Positions 46,842 to 57,444 of a stretch of DNA of 64,000 nt are shown here, in pieces. The notes beneath the pieces were generated by a model that worked only from the letters and a program-made list of their open reading frames with translations, was not told where the DNA came from and did not search any database. The position numbers and the translations under genes were made by a program. Location of the stretch: assembly GCA_040767085.1 (NCBI GenBank), contig JAXGPF010000005.1:128001-192000 (forward strand), written 5' to 3'. Source of the DNA: Kiritimatiellia bacterium (lineage in GTDB: Bacteria > Verrucomicrobiota > Kiritimatiellia > JAAZAB01). Every line of letters begins with the position of its first letter. Position 1 is the stretch's first letter.

Positions 46842-48350
46842 ATGCCCTTAATGGCAGAGCCTCCCATGCAACCTGCTGATGCCGCGCCTGATTTGCCCGT
46901 CGTGGCCATCGTCGGCCGGCCGAATGTCGGCAAATCCGCCCTGTTCAACCGGCTGGCCGGCCGGCGGGTCGCCATTGTCCACCACTCCAGCGGCGTCACG
47001 CGCGACCGCCTGACGCATCCGGTGCGCCAGGCGGGGCGCGATTTCACCCTGGTTGACACCGGCGGGCTGGCGCCGCCCGAGGCCGCCGGCGATCACGCCG
47101 CCCGGACGCAGCACCGCGCCATTGCCGCTTCCATCCGCCGGCAGGCCGAAGCGGCGCTGCAAACCGCCCACCTGGCGATCATGGTGGCGGATTTGCAGGC
47201 GGGCGTCGTGCCGCTGGACGAGGAAGCCGCCGCGTTCCTGCGGCGGACAGGTTTGCCGGTGTTGCTGGCGGTCAATAAATCCGACTCGCCGGCGCATGAT
47301 CAGGCCGCCGGCGAATTTCACCGGCTGGGTTTTCCGGTTTTCCCGATCTCCGCCCTGCACAACCGCGGCATCGCTGAATTGATGCAAACGGCGGTCGAGG
47401 CGTTGCCGCCCGCCGCCCCGCCGCCCCGGCCGGAAAACCGCCTGAAGATCACCGTGGTCGGCCGGCCCAACGTGGGAAAGTCGTCCTTCATTAACGCGTT
47501 GCTGCGGGACGAGCGCCTGATCGTTTCCGACCTGCCGGGCACGACCCGCGACTGCGTGGATGTGCCTTTTGCGTTGACGCATGGCGGGGAGCGCCGGGAA
47601 TATCTCCTGACCGACACCGCCGGCATCCGCAAGGTCAGCCGCCTGCGCGAGGCGCCGGATCATATCGGACTGCGCCAGGCGGAGCGCCAGATACAACGGG
47701 CGGACGTCGTCATCCTCATGCTGGACGCCAGCCAGGGGCCCACAGCGCAAGACAAGACCATCGCCCAACTGATCATGGACAACGCCCGGGGCCTGGTCCT
47801 GGCCTTGAACAAGTGGGATTTACTCCCGCATGGCCGGCTGGAGGATGGCATCGCCGCCATCAAGTCGGAATTGCCCTTCCTGGCGTTCGCTCCGGCGTTT
47901 TGCGTTTCCGCGCGCACGGGCTTCAACCTGTCCAGGGTCCTGGCGGCGGCCGCCGCCGTGGCGGAGGAAACCGGGCGCAAAATCGCCACCGGCCCGTTGA
48001 ACCGGGTGATAACACGCGCGACGATGCAAGTGCAGCCGCCGATGATCAAGGGGCGCCGTCTGAAAATATTTTACGCCACCCAAACCGGGACGCAACCGCA
48101 GACCATCACGCTCTTTGTCAACACTCCCGCCCGGCTGACGGACGCGTACGAGGCATTCCTCCTCAAATCCCTGCGCCGGGAATTCGGGCTGGCAGGCGCG
48201 CCGGTGATTTTAAAACTTAAAACCTGCCACACCAATCCCCATCCGCACGACCAGGGGGCGGGCGGCAAAGCCGGGGGCGCAGGCGGGCGCTTGCAGAGTA
48301 AATTCCGGCATCCGGCAACCGAGCCCCGGGCGCCGGCCACGGGACGCTGA
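46842..48350 (+). CDS. der: Ribosome biogenesis GTPase Der (EngA)
   Basis: Two GRPNVGKS P-loops, GVTRD/GTTRD, DTGG/DTAG, NKxD and a KH-like C-terminus. Confidence 0.96.
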   Translation: MPLMAEPPMQPADAAPDLPVVAIVGRPNVGKSALFNRLAGRRVAIVHHSSGVTRDRLTHPVRQAGRDFTLVDTGGLAPPEAAGDHAARTQHRAIAASIRRQAEAALQTAHLAIMVADLQAGVVPLDEEAAAFLRRTGLPVLLAVNKSDSPAHDQAAGEFHRLGFPVFPISALHNRGIAELMQTAVEALPPAAPPPRPENRLKITVVGRPNVGKSSFINALLRDERLIVSDLPGTTRDCVDVPFALTHGGERREYLLTDTAGIRKVSRLREAPDHIGLRQAERQIQRADVVILMLDASQGPTAQDKTIAQLIMDNARGLVLALNKWDLLPHGRLEDGIAAIKSELPFLAFAPAFCVSARTGFNLSRVLAAAAAVAEETGRKIATGPLNRVITRATMQVQPPMIKGRRLKIFYATQTGTQPQTITLFVNTPARLTDAYEAFLLKSLRREFGLAGAPVILKLKTCHTNPHPHDQGAGGKAGGAGGRLQSKFRHPATEPRAPATGR

Positions 48351-48351
48351 A

Positions 48352-49665
48352 TCAATCCGCCGGCCAGAGCCGGGCGGCGCGGGCGGCCAATTGCGCGGGG
48401 TAGTCAGCTAGATTGGCCACACCCGCCGCGCCGCTGGCAAGCGCGGCCTGGGCCACGGCCAGCGAAACCTGGGCGAACAGCCGGCGGTCAAACGGCTTGG
48501 GCACTATGTAATCCGAGCCGAATTCCAAGTCCGGCGCATGGTAAATGCGCTTGACCGATTCCGGCACCGGCGCGCGCGCCAGTTCGGCCAGGGCGCGCGC
48601 GGCGGCCTTCTTCATTTCCATGTTGATCGCGCGCGCGCGGGAATCCAGCGCGCCGCGGAACAGGAATGGGAATCCGAGGACATTGTTGATCTGGTTGGGA
48701 TAATCGGAGCGGCCGGTGGCCATGACATATTTGCGCGAACCCATGGCGCCGGCAACTGTTTCCGGGGCGATTTCCGGATTGGGATTGGCCATGGCGAAGA
48801 TGGCGGGGAAATCAGCCATCGCCCGGACATCGTCCGGGCCGACACACCCGGCGACCGAAACGCCGATGAACACGTGAGCGCCGCGCATGGCTTCCGGCAG
48901 TTTCCGCAGCGTGCCCCCGGCCGCGGCGTGCCGGCGCTTCATTTCATTCAAATCGGTGCGGTCGGCGTGCAGCACGCCTTTGGAATCGCACATGGTGACC
49001 TGCCGCGCGCCGGCATCCTTCAGCATGTCGGCGATGCGGATGCCGGCGGCGCCGGCGCCGTTGATCACGATGCGCAGGTCGGCCATCTGACGGTCGGCCA
49101 GCCGGCAATAATTAAAAACACCGGCCAAGGTAATGACGGCGGTGCCCCACTGGTCGTCATGGAAGACGGGGATATCCAGCATCTCGTCCAGGCGCCGTTC
49201 GATTTCAAAACAGGCGGGCGCGGCAATATCCTCGAGATTGATGCCGCCGTACATGCCGGCCAGGCGCGCGGTGGTTTCAATCACCAGCTCCGGATCGGTC
49301 GGGCCGGCCGATTGGCCGCCCTTGCGGCAGAAATCCAGCGGCACGGGCCAGCCGTCCACGTCGCCGAACGCCTTGAATAGTACCGCCTTGCCCTCCATGA
49401 CCGGAATGCTGGCGGCGGCGCCCAGGTCGCCCAATCCGAGAATGGCGGTGCCATCGGACACCACCGCCACCAAGTTGCGCCGCGCGGTGATATCATGCGC
49501 GGCGGCGGGCCGTGCGGCGATTTCCTTGACCGCCTCGCCAACGCCGGGGGTGTATGCCAGACTGAGGTCTTCCGGTCCGTCAAGGGGTTTGGTCAGCAGC
49601 GTCCCGACCTTACCGCCCTGGTGATAATCCAAAATTTTTTCTCGACAGATGCTCATGGGGGCCAT
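48352..49665 (-). CDS. NAD(P)-dependent malic enzyme (no PTA domain)
   Basis: LSLAYTPGV, PVMEGKAVLFK, GINLEDI, IPVFHDDQWGTA, NGAGAAG and ATGRSDYPNQINNVLGFP. Confidence 0.94.
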   Translation of the reverse strand: MAPMSICREKILDYHQGGKVGTLLTKPLDGPEDLSLAYTPGVGEAVKEIAARPAAAHDITARRNLVAVVSDGTAILGLGDLGAAASIPVMEGKAVLFKAFGDVDGWPVPLDFCRKGGQSAGPTDPELVIETTARLAGMYGGINLEDIAAPACFEIERRLDEMLDIPVFHDDQWGTAVITLAGVFNYCRLADRQMADLRIVINGAGAAGIRIADMLKDAGARQVTMCDSKGVLHADRTDLNEMKRRHAAAGGTLRKLPEAMRGAHVFIGVSVAGCVGPDDVRAMADFPAIFAMANPNPEIAPETVAGAMGSRKYVMATGRSDYPNQINNVLGFPFLFRGALDSRARAINMEMKKAAARALAELARAPVPESVKRIYHAPDLEFGSDYIVPKPFDRRLFAQVSLAVAQAALASGAAGVANLADYPAQLAARAARLWPAD

Positions 49666-49721
49666 AGTATAGATGCGGTTTGTCAAAATGCAATGTAATT
49701 GCAAATTCACAAGCTGCACCC

Positions 49722-49796
49722 GCCCCCTTCGTCTATCGGCTAGGACATCAGGTTCTCATCCTGGAAAGAGGGGTTCGATTCCCCTAGGGGGTGCCA
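49722..49796 (+). tRNA. tRNA-Glu (anticodon CTC)
   Basis: Acceptor stem GCCCCCT/AGGGGGT, anticodon arm TCAGG-TTCTCAT-CCTGG, T-arm GGTTCGATTCC and encoded CCA. Confidence 0.97.
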
Positions 49797-49813
49797 TTTT
49801 GCCCGGGCCGGGA

Positions 49814-51991
49814 TCAGGGGATACCGGCGGACGCGGCGGCGGGCGGCGGGCCAAGCCGCCAGGCCCGGTCAAACACCTTCGGCCATTCCCGCGAGGCCCA
49901 GAAGGTTGCGGCCAGGACGCCCAGAATCACGAGCAAGACGAACAGGCGGACGCGTTTTTTGTCGGCAAACGGATCAACTGCGATCCGGCTGCTGCCGGGC
50001 GGCAGCGCGGCCAAGCGGGTTAAGGAAGCTCCGAACGGGATGTTGATACGCGCCCGGGTGTTCACGGCCCACCCGCCGGCGTCCAGCAGCGGACCCAGAT
50101 TGCGCAGGCGCAGTTTCATGGAAGCCAGCAGCATCGAAGGCCCGGAAATCAGCAGCAGCATGCCCAGCACGCCCAGGGGTAGCCAGAATCCCAGCCCGAA
50201 CAACATTTTCAAAAACCCGGCCACCAGGGCGCTGACCCCGCCGATGGCCGTCCCGAACAGCGCGATCGTACCCAGGTCAATCCCCTGCGGCGGGCGGGGC
50301 GGCTTGGCGGCGGCCTGGTCCGGTTGTCCCAGTTGGGCGACTTTGTCTGAAAATTTGGCGGTGGAATCCGCGTCGGCGGCCTGCGCCCGCTTGACAATCT
50401 GCTCCTCAATCATGCGCACGAGTTTCTTGTATGGCATCCAGAACGCCTCGCGCACGCTGATGGGATTGGAGACGATCCGGGTGATTGTCGCCAGCCAGTC
50501 GCGTCCCGCGCGGTCATAAAACACGCCATTCCGTCCGACCATCAGGTTGTCCGAATCGCCGTTCGTCACCACGGCCACAATATTCTTTAGCAGACCGCCG
50601 GGGCGCGTTGCGGTGCAATACACCAGGAAGGCCCCCGACAATCCCGCCAGCAAGGCATGGCGCGCCGGATCCGTCACTTCAATGCAAAGCGCGCAGGCCC
50701 GCGCGTCCAGATACAAAACCCCGGCTTGAAACACCGCCTGCGTGTTGCCGTAAAAATCGGTGAAATTAACCATGTTGGTCAAGACTTCGCCCAGGTCACG
50801 GCGGTAACGTATCAGTTTTTCAAGGAGCGCCACGCGTTCGTATTCCGGACGCATGGCGGCATCGCGTTCGATCAGGGCCAGTAAATCTTCCCGGACGCCG
50901 CCGGCCAGCAATTCGCGCAGACGCGGCAAACCGAGGGACTCCGCCGGGGTCTGAGGTTTGGAGTCCAGCCATTGTCCAACCGCAGCGACAGTCTGTTTCA
51001 AAGCTTGCCATGCGGATTCCGTCAATTCCCGGCATGGTTTGCCCAGCAGCGGCGTCGCGGCATCCGCGGCCAGGCTGGCCAGGCGGTCCGCCCAGGCCGG
51101 GTTGACTGCGCCGGCCAGCGGCAGCGGCTGGCCGGGCGCGGCCGCCGCCAGGGGCAGGGCCTCGATTTCGGCATCGGCGCCGGTCAGCATGCGCACGGCG
51201 AGAGCCTGGTAGTCGAATGACTCCAGATTCAGCGCGGCGGCGGCCCGTGGATCGAATGCGGCCAGGCGGCACCTGGCGAAGTAATCATCCGCCTTGTCCG
51301 CGACAGCGCGCACAGCGGCGGCGGCCTTAACCAGTTCCGGCGGCGGGGCCTGGCGGCCGTCCCAATCGCACAGCGCTTGCGCTTCGCTGAAGAACCGGTT
51401 CACCGCGGCCGCGTCAACCCCCGGTTGGCCGCTGCGGTCCGGCTGGCCCGGCAAAACGCTCAAAATCTCCTCGATCGCCCGGGCCAGTTGGGGCGTATCC
51501 GCCGAACTGGCGGGAACGATCCCGTCGCCGTTAAGCTTGGTGGAGGCAAAAATACGGTTTAAATCCGTGACATCCGCCAGTTGCACGGAGTCGGCCGCCG
51601 GGCGTCCCAGGTTGCTGAGCACGCGTTGGGCGATGGCCAGCAGTTCCGGATCGCCGATGGCCGCCAGCGGCAGGGAGTCGCCGCTGCTAAAGATGACCGC
51701 CGGGTCCTTGAGCGCCTGGTTGATCCACCGCACCGCCGACAGTATTTCCGGCGGGCGGATGCTGCCATCGCCATCGGTGTCCAGCAGCGACAGGGTGGCG
51801 GCGTCCAGCGCGATCCCCTGGACCGGCATGGCCAGGGCCATCCACAACTTGGGATCAAGTTCATCCAGGGCCGCCAGGTCCGCCGCATCGCGCAACAATA
51901 CCTGGTTGACGCCGCCGCGCCGGATGAAAACCCAGCGATGTGTCTGGTTTGCAGTCGCGGTTGGCATATCCGGTAAGTGTTCGGATTTCAT
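49814..51991 (-). CDS. Large hypothetical membrane protein with EF-hand-like motif
   Basis: 725-aa ORF with DTDGDGSIRPPE, LMVGRNGVFYDR and C-terminal TM segments; translationally coupled to the upstream PPC gene. Confidence 0.75.
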   Translation of the reverse strand: MKSEHLPDMPTATANQTHRWVFIRRGGVNQVLLRDAADLAALDELDPKLWMALAMPVQGIALDAATLSLLDTDGDGSIRPPEILSAVRWINQALKDPAVIFSSGDSLPLAAIGDPELLAIAQRVLSNLGRPAADSVQLADVTDLNRIFASTKLNGDGIVPASSADTPQLARAIEEILSVLPGQPDRSGQPGVDAAAVNRFFSEAQALCDWDGRQAPPPELVKAAAAVRAVADKADDYFARCRLAAFDPRAAAALNLESFDYQALAVRMLTGADAEIEALPLAAAAPGQPLPLAGAVNPAWADRLASLAADAATPLLGKPCRELTESAWQALKQTVAAVGQWLDSKPQTPAESLGLPRLRELLAGGVREDLLALIERDAAMRPEYERVALLEKLIRYRRDLGEVLTNMVNFTDFYGNTQAVFQAGVLYLDARACALCIEVTDPARHALLAGLSGAFLVYCTATRPGGLLKNIVAVVTNGDSDNLMVGRNGVFYDRAGRDWLATITRIVSNPISVREAFWMPYKKLVRMIEEQIVKRAQAADADSTAKFSDKVAQLGQPDQAAAKPPRPPQGIDLGTIALFGTAIGGVSALVAGFLKMLFGLGFWLPLGVLGMLLLISGPSMLLASMKLRLRNLGPLLDAGGWAVNTRARINIPFGASLTRLAALPPGSSRIAVDPFADKKRVRLFVLLVILGVLAATFWASREWPKVFDRAWRLGPPPAAASAGIP

Positions 51992-52443
51992 TGTTCGGGA
52001 TCCATCGTCAGCAACTGGAAGCCGGTGGCCGGGTCCAGCCGGCGGCAGGCGGACGTGCCGGTCAGTTCCTGAATGATGATTTCCAGCACATGCCAGGCGC
52101 GCACGCCGCGGCGGACGCAGCCCGTGACGGTCTGCCCGCGCCGGCCGGCAGCCAGGTGCATGTGCAACACCGGCTGGCCAGCGGCATCCGGAAACAGCGT
52201 GCCGACGCCGGCAATTTCATGCGCCTCATCCAATACATGTTCCATGGGCTGCGGGGGCATGCCCCGGCCCTCCGCCGGGCCGACCACCAGCCGGCTGCCG
52301 GCATCGGCGCCGCCGACTGCGATCAAAGACGCCGCGGTGATGCGGTGGTCTCGCGCGAATCGTTCCACGGTCTCGTGGAGAATTTCGCCATCCTCCAAGC
52401 GCAAAACAAAAACACGACCAAGTTGGGCTGGCGAGTAATTCAT
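51988..52443 (-). CDS. PPC-domain (DUF296) protein
   Basis: GRVFVLRLEDGE and EIAGVGTL...LHMHLAAGR; ATGA overlaps on both sides. Confidence 0.88.
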   Translation of the reverse strand: MNYSPAQLGRVFVLRLEDGEILHETVERFARDHRITAASLIAVGGADAGSRLVVGPAEGRGMPPQPMEHVLDEAHEIAGVGTLFPDAAGQPVLHMHLAAGRRGQTVTGCVRRGVRAWHVLEIIIQELTGTSACRRLDPATGFQLLTMDPEQ

Positions 52444-53228
52444 TCGCGGTATTCCGCCCATTCCGGCTCGTTTTCGAAAATCCAGCGGTAATATTCCACG
52501 CCCTGCAATTTGGCGGCAGCGGCTTCGTCCACGATCACCGTACAGCGCGGATGCAACTGCAGCGCCGAGGCGGAAATCATCGCCGTGATCGGCCCTTCCA
52601 CCGCTCTGGCAATGATCTCCGCCTTGCCGGCCCCGACCGCCAGCAGGACGCAGCGCTTGCTTTCCAGAATGGTGCCGACCCCCATGGTCAGGGCCCGGCG
52701 CGGCATCTGCGCCGGGGAGTCGAACAGCGGCCCGTTCTGCGCCATGGTCTCGGGCGAGAGCGCCTTGGGACGCGTGCGGGAACGGAGGGCCGAAAGCGGC
52801 TCGTTGAAGCCGATATGACCGTCCTGACCGATGCCCAGCAGTTGAAAATCAATGCCGCCGGCGCGCTGGATCTGGTTTTCATATTCCAGGCATTCGGCGG
52901 CCAGGTCGGACGCGGCGCCATTGGGCAGGCGGGTATTGCGCAAGTCAATATTTACCTTGGTGAACAAATGCCGGTTCATGTAGCTGCGGTAGGAATTTTT
53001 ATCTTCCGGCGCCAGCCCGACGTATTCGTCCAGGTTAAACGTCCGGCAAAGCGAAAAATCCAAACCTTCATGCTGATGCATGCCGGCCAGCAGGGCGTAC
53101 ACGCTTTCCATGGTCCGGCCGGTGGCCAGTCCCAGGACCAGGGCGGGATTCGAACCCAATTCCGCGGCAATCAACCGGGCAGTCAGCCGGGCTGCTGCCG
53201 GGGCATCTTTTTGAATAATGACTTCCAT
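52440..53228 (-). CDS. nagB: Glucosamine-6-phosphate deaminase
   Basis: VLGLATG, TFNLDEYVGL, GGIDFQLLGIGQDGHIGFNEP, TMGVGTI and ASALQLH. Confidence 0.96.
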   Translation of the reverse strand: MEVIIQKDAPAAARLTARLIAAELGSNPALVLGLATGRTMESVYALLAGMHQHEGLDFSLCRTFNLDEYVGLAPEDKNSYRSYMNRHLFTKVNIDLRNTRLPNGAASDLAAECLEYENQIQRAGGIDFQLLGIGQDGHIGFNEPLSALRSRTRPKALSPETMAQNGPLFDSPAQMPRRALTMGVGTILESKRCVLLAVGAGKAEIIARAVEGPITAMISASALQLHPRCTVIVDEAAAAKLQGVEYYRWIFENEPEWAEYRE

Positions 53229-53430
53229 GATTCGGCTCTCTCCGTGGTCTATTGCAACCATGCCGGTTCAGGCCTTTCGCGGCCGCGGCCGGCTTCGATT
53301 TTATAGTTTGCTTGCAAAAAAACGCATATTGTGCAACAAATCCGTCAAGTTATACCAGACATCGCCGTATTTGTGAAGGTTAAAACCCTGTGTTTGGCGC
53401 GTTGACCGGCGCCCGGAGAATGTGAGAAAC

Positions 53431-55185
53431 ATGGCCACGATTTTCAACCGACCAGGCGTCATGGCGCCGGCTTTAAGCGGCGCTGTGCTGACAGCCTTGT
53501 TGCTGGGGCTGATCTCGCTGGCCGGGATTGCCAATCATGAATTATGGACGCCGGACGAGCCGCGCGAGGCGGCCATCGCGCTGGCCATGCGCCGCAGCGG
53601 CGATCCGATCGTGCCGCGGCTGGCGGGCGCGCCATTCGTCGAAAAACCGCCGCTGGCCTATATCGTCAGCGCCGCTACCCTGGCCTGCTTGAAACCCTGG
53701 CTCGGCCCGACCGCCGCCCTGCGGATGTCTTCCGCCATCTGGGGGCTGGCGACTTTGCTGGCGACTTTCATGCTGGCCCGCCGGCTGGCGGGCGCCAAGG
53801 CGGCGGCATGGGCAGCGGCCGCTTTGGCCGTCATGCCCGGATTCGTGCATGTCACCCACTGGCTCCTGGTGGATAATGCCCTGATGTTTTTCATTACCGC
53901 CGCCATCTGGCTGCTCTGCGAATCTTACCTGGCGCGCCGGCCGGCATTCTTGCCGCTGGCCGGCATGGCGGCTGCCGGCGCCTTCCTCGCCAAGGGCCTG
54001 CTGGGGCCGATTTTCATCGGCCTGGGCTGGCTGGGCATCATGTTCCACCTCTTCCGATCGAGCAAGCATGCGGAACCGCCAGCCGCGGCCGGCCCGGCCA
54101 TTACGCGTACGCGCTGGACTGCCTGGCACATCCTGGCGGCTTTGGCGGCTTTGCTGATTGCCGGGGCCTGGATGGCAGGGCTGCGCTGGCATGGCGGGCC
54201 GGATTTATGGCGGGAGTGGTTCTGGGATAATCACTTCGGCCGGTTCACCGGCCAGGCCCGGCATCTGGGACACAACCGCGGACCGTTTTATTACATTCCA
54301 GCCCTGGCGGCCGGGGGATTGCCCTGGCTGGCAGCCTGGATCAATGCCGCCTGGAACGCCGGCCGGCGACGGTTGCGTCAGTCGCCCCACCCTGTGCCGG
54401 CCGCCGCCTGGCCGGTCATCCTGGCATGGGGTGTTGGCGGACTGATCCTGTTGTCGCTCTCCTCCACCAAGCGCGAAATATACTTGAGCACGCTCTGGCC
54501 GTGCCTGGGCGTGTTGACCGGCATCCTGCTGCAAACACCGCCGGCGGGCTGGGTGCGCCGCTGCCTGCAAGCCTGGCAATGGCTGGCGCTGGCGGTCATG
54601 CTCGCCGCCGCCGTTGTCCCCGCCGCCGCCTTCGCGGCCGGATACCTGCCGGGCCCGGCCGCCCTGGCGGGCAGTCTCGCAGCCCTTCCGGCGCTGGCCG
54701 CCGCCGGGCTGATCTGGCGCCGCCCGGACTGGCCCTGGCCATGGCGCTGGCTGTCCATCACGGCCCTGGCCTACATCCTGGCCTTGACCAATCTGCCTCC
54801 CGCGCTGGATCACTTCAAGAATCAGCAGCCGGTATTTGTGAAATTGGGCGCCGCCATCCCGGCCGCCGAGCGCGGGCGGGTGGGTCTATGGAATCCCGAT
54901 GAAACCACGCGGGCTGGATTTTATTATTATTGCAACTTGGTTTTTCCGCCGGTTTATGATAGCTTGGAACTTTCATTGATTTTATCAGGACAGCATCCGC
55001 GCCTGGACAGCATTGTCGCGGCCGGCCGGAATTTTCCGCCGGAGACGGTGGAATTGCCGGCCTGGACCCTCCGGGCGCTGGCCAAACCCAATGCCCGGGG
55101 CCGCAAGCGCGAATTAATGTTCGTGACCGGAACCGGGCGGGGCCCAGCCGCCGATCAACCGGCGCCGCAGCCCGGCGGGCTGTAA
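53431..55185 (+). CDS. arnT: ArnT-family (GT83) membrane glycosyltransferase
   Basis: WTPDEPRE, EKPPL, FLAKG, HNRGPFYY and STKREIYL; many TM segments; adjacent to arnB and arnC. Confidence 0.85.
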   Translation: MATIFNRPGVMAPALSGAVLTALLLGLISLAGIANHELWTPDEPREAAIALAMRRSGDPIVPRLAGAPFVEKPPLAYIVSAATLACLKPWLGPTAALRMSSAIWGLATLLATFMLARRLAGAKAAAWAAAALAVMPGFVHVTHWLLVDNALMFFITAAIWLLCESYLARRPAFLPLAGMAAAGAFLAKGLLGPIFIGLGWLGIMFHLFRSSKHAEPPAAAGPAITRTRWTAWHILAALAALLIAGAWMAGLRWHGGPDLWREWFWDNHFGRFTGQARHLGHNRGPFYYIPALAAGGLPWLAAWINAAWNAGRRRLRQSPHPVPAAAWPVILAWGVGGLILLSLSSTKREIYLSTLWPCLGVLTGILLQTPPAGWVRRCLQAWQWLALAVMLAAAVVPAAAFAAGYLPGPAALAGSLAALPALAAAGLIWRRPDWPWPWRWLSITALAYILALTNLPPALDHFKNQQPVFVKLGAAIPAAERGRVGLWNPDETTRAGFYYYCNLVFPPVYDSLELSLILSGQHPRLDSIVAAGRNFPPETVELPAWTLRALAKPNARGRKRELMFVTGTGRGPAADQPAPQPGGL

Positions 55186-55262
55186 TCCGGCCGGACGGAT
55201 GCGGATGGAAGATGGGGTAGAACGCCCGCACCGCGGGCAAATTGCCAAGGGCAAGGAGGAGC

Positions 55263-56414
55263 ATGCGCAAGGAATTTCTGCCGTTTTCCCGGCCGACATT
55301 TGACGAGGACGACATCCAGGCCGTCGGGGAAGTGCTGCGGTCGGGCTGGATCACCACCGGCCAGCATGCCGCGGAATTCGAGAAGGAATTCAGCGCTTAT
55401 ACCGGCGCGGGCGGGTCGGTGGCCCTGGCCTCCGCCACCGCCGGCATGCACCTGGCGCTCAAGGCCCTCAATATCGGCCCGGGCGACGAGGTCATCACGC
55501 CGTCCATGACCTGGGTTTCCACCATCAACCTGATCGTCCTGGCCGGCGCCAAGCCGGTCATGGTGGATGTGGACCGCGACACCCTGATGGCCTCCGCCGA
55601 GCACATCGCCGCCGCCGTGACCGAGCGCACCAGGTTGATTGTGCCCGTGCATTTCGCCGGCGCGCCGGCGGACCTGGATGCCATCCGGCAACTGGCCGGC
55701 GCGCGCGGAATCCGGCTGATTGAAGACGCCGCCCATGCCGCCGGCACGGAATACCGAGGCCACCGCATCGGCAGCCAGGGTATCGCCATTTTTTCGTTCC
55801 ATCCCATCAAAAACATCACCACCGGCGAAGGGGGTATGTTCTGCGCCGATGATCCCGCCCTGCTCGAGCATATCCGCCGCCTGAAATTCCACGGACTGGG
55901 CGTGGATGCCTTCGACCGCCGCACCCAGGGCCGGTCGCCCCAGGCGGAAGTCGTCGAGCCGGGCTACAAATACAACCTGACCGATATCGCCGCCGTGCTG
56001 GGCCGGCGCCAGCTGGTGCGACTGGATGAATTCAACCGCCGGCGCGCGGCCCTGGCGCAGCGTTACCGCGCCCGCCTGGCGGAGGTGCAGGAAATCCTGC
56101 CGCTGGCCGAACCGGCCTACCCCATGCGCCATGCCTGGCACCTGTTTATCGTCCGCCTGGACGCCGACCGCGCCCGCCTGACCCGCGACGAATTCATGGA
56201 GGAACTCAAGCGGCGCAATATCGGCACCGGCCTGCATTTCCGCGCCGCGCATCTGCAAAAATATTACCGTGAACAAATGGGGTTCCGGCGCGGCATGCTG
56301 CCGCAGACCGAATGGAACTCCGACCGCATCTGTTCCCTGCCGCTGTTCCCGGGCATGCGTCCGGAGGATGTGGACGATGTGGTTGCCGCCATCAAGGAAG
56401 TCCTGAAACGATGA
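55263..56414 (+). CDS. arnB: UDP-4-amino-4-deoxy-L-arabinose aminotransferase
   Basis: [36 protein letters not shown] and [13 protein letters not shown]...PQAEV; GGAGG RBS. Confidence 0.92.
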   Translation: MRKEFLPFSRPTFDEDDIQAVGEVLRSGWITTGQHAAEFEKEFSAYTGAGGSVALASATAGMHLALKALNIGPGDEVITPSMTWVSTINLIVLAGAKPVMVDVDRDTLMASAEHIAAAVTERTRLIVPVHFAGAPADLDAIRQLAGARGIRLIEDAAHAAGTEYRGHRIGSQGIAIFSFHPIKNITTGEGGMFCADDPALLEHIRRLKFHGLGVDAFDRRTQGRSPQAEVVEPGYKYNLTDIAAVLGRRQLVRLDEFNRRRAALAQRYRARLAEVQEILPLAEPAYPMRHAWHLFIVRLDADRARLTRDEFMEELKRRNIGTGLHFRAAHLQKYYREQMGFRRGMLPQTEWNSDRICSLPLFPGMRPEDVDDVVAAIKEVLKR

Positions 56415-57385
56415 ACACTCCCGCTACCGTCTCCGTGGTCATTCCCGTTTACAACGAGGAAGCCAACCTGCCGGAACTGCTGCGCCGCACCCTGGCCGCC
56501 GTCCGCGCGCTGCGGACGCCATTTGAGCTGATCCTGGTGGATGACGGCAGCCGCGACCGTTCCCGCGCCCTGCTGGACGCCGCCGCGCGGGAAAACCCGG
56601 AAGTCATCGCGGTCATGCTCAACCGCAACTACGGGCAGCATGCCGCCGTCATGGCGGGTTTCGCCCAGGCTCGCGGCGAAATCATCGTCACCCTGGACGC
56701 CGACCTGCAGAATCCGCCGGAAGAAATCGGCAAGCTGGCGGCGAAAATGGAGGAAGGGCTCGACGTGGTGGGCTCGGTGCGGGTGCCGCGCTGCGACAGC
56801 CTGTTCCGCCGCCTTTCATCCTTCCTGGTCAACCGCGTCACCGCCCGCGTGACAGGCGTCACGATGCACGACTACGGCTGCATGCTGCGCGCCTACCGCC
56901 GGCCGATCGTACAGGCGATGCTGCAATGCCACGAACGCAGCACTTTCATCCCGGCGCTGGCCAACAGTTTCGCCCGGCACACCGCCGAAGTCGAAGTGCG
57001 GCATGCCGAGCGCCAGGCCGGCGCCTCGAAATACAGCTTCTGGAAATTGATCAACCTCCAATTCGACCTCCTGACCAGCATTACCACTTTCCCACTGCGC
57101 TGTTTGAGCATTTTCGGCGTAATGATGTTCCTGGCCGGCGTCGGACTGGGCCTCTGGATCCTGGCGCTGCGCTTGATCCACGGACCGGAATGGGCGGCGC
57201 AGGGCGTCTTCACCCTGCTGGCAATCCTGTTTTTCTTCATGGGCGCCCAACTGGTCGGCATGGGGCTGCTGGGCGAATATATCGGCCGAACTTACATGGA
57301 CGTGCGGGCCCGGCCGCGCTATTTCGTGGAAAAAGTGGTCGGGCAAAGCCGGATCGGCGGTGACGCCGGGGCGCACGCGCAGTAA
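56411..57385 (+). CDS. arnC: Undecaprenyl-phosphate Ara4FN transferase
   Basis: [48 protein letters not shown] and [16 protein letters not shown]. Confidence 0.92.
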   Translation: MNTPATVSVVIPVYNEEANLPELLRRTLAAVRALRTPFELILVDDGSRDRSRALLDAAARENPEVIAVMLNRNYGQHAAVMAGFAQARGEIIVTLDADLQNPPEEIGKLAAKMEEGLDVVGSVRVPRCDSLFRRLSSFLVNRVTARVTGVTMHDYGCMLRAYRRPIVQAMLQCHERSTFIPALANSFARHTAEVEVRHAERQAGASKYSFWKLINLQFDLLTSITTFPLRCLSIFGVMMFLAGVGLGLWILALRLIHGPEWAAQGVFTLLAILFFFMGAQLVGMGLLGEYIGRTYMDVRARPRYFVEKVVGQSRIGGDAGAHAQ

Positions 57386-57444
57386 ATCCGGCGCACCGCA
57401 TGGCCGGCATGGCGGACCAGTTTCAACCAGGTGACAAAATCAAC

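Noticed and set aside
49722-49796. tRNA-Glu as an island integration site
   Set aside because: No integrase and no duplicated tRNA 3' end seen in the window; the flanks look like core genes.
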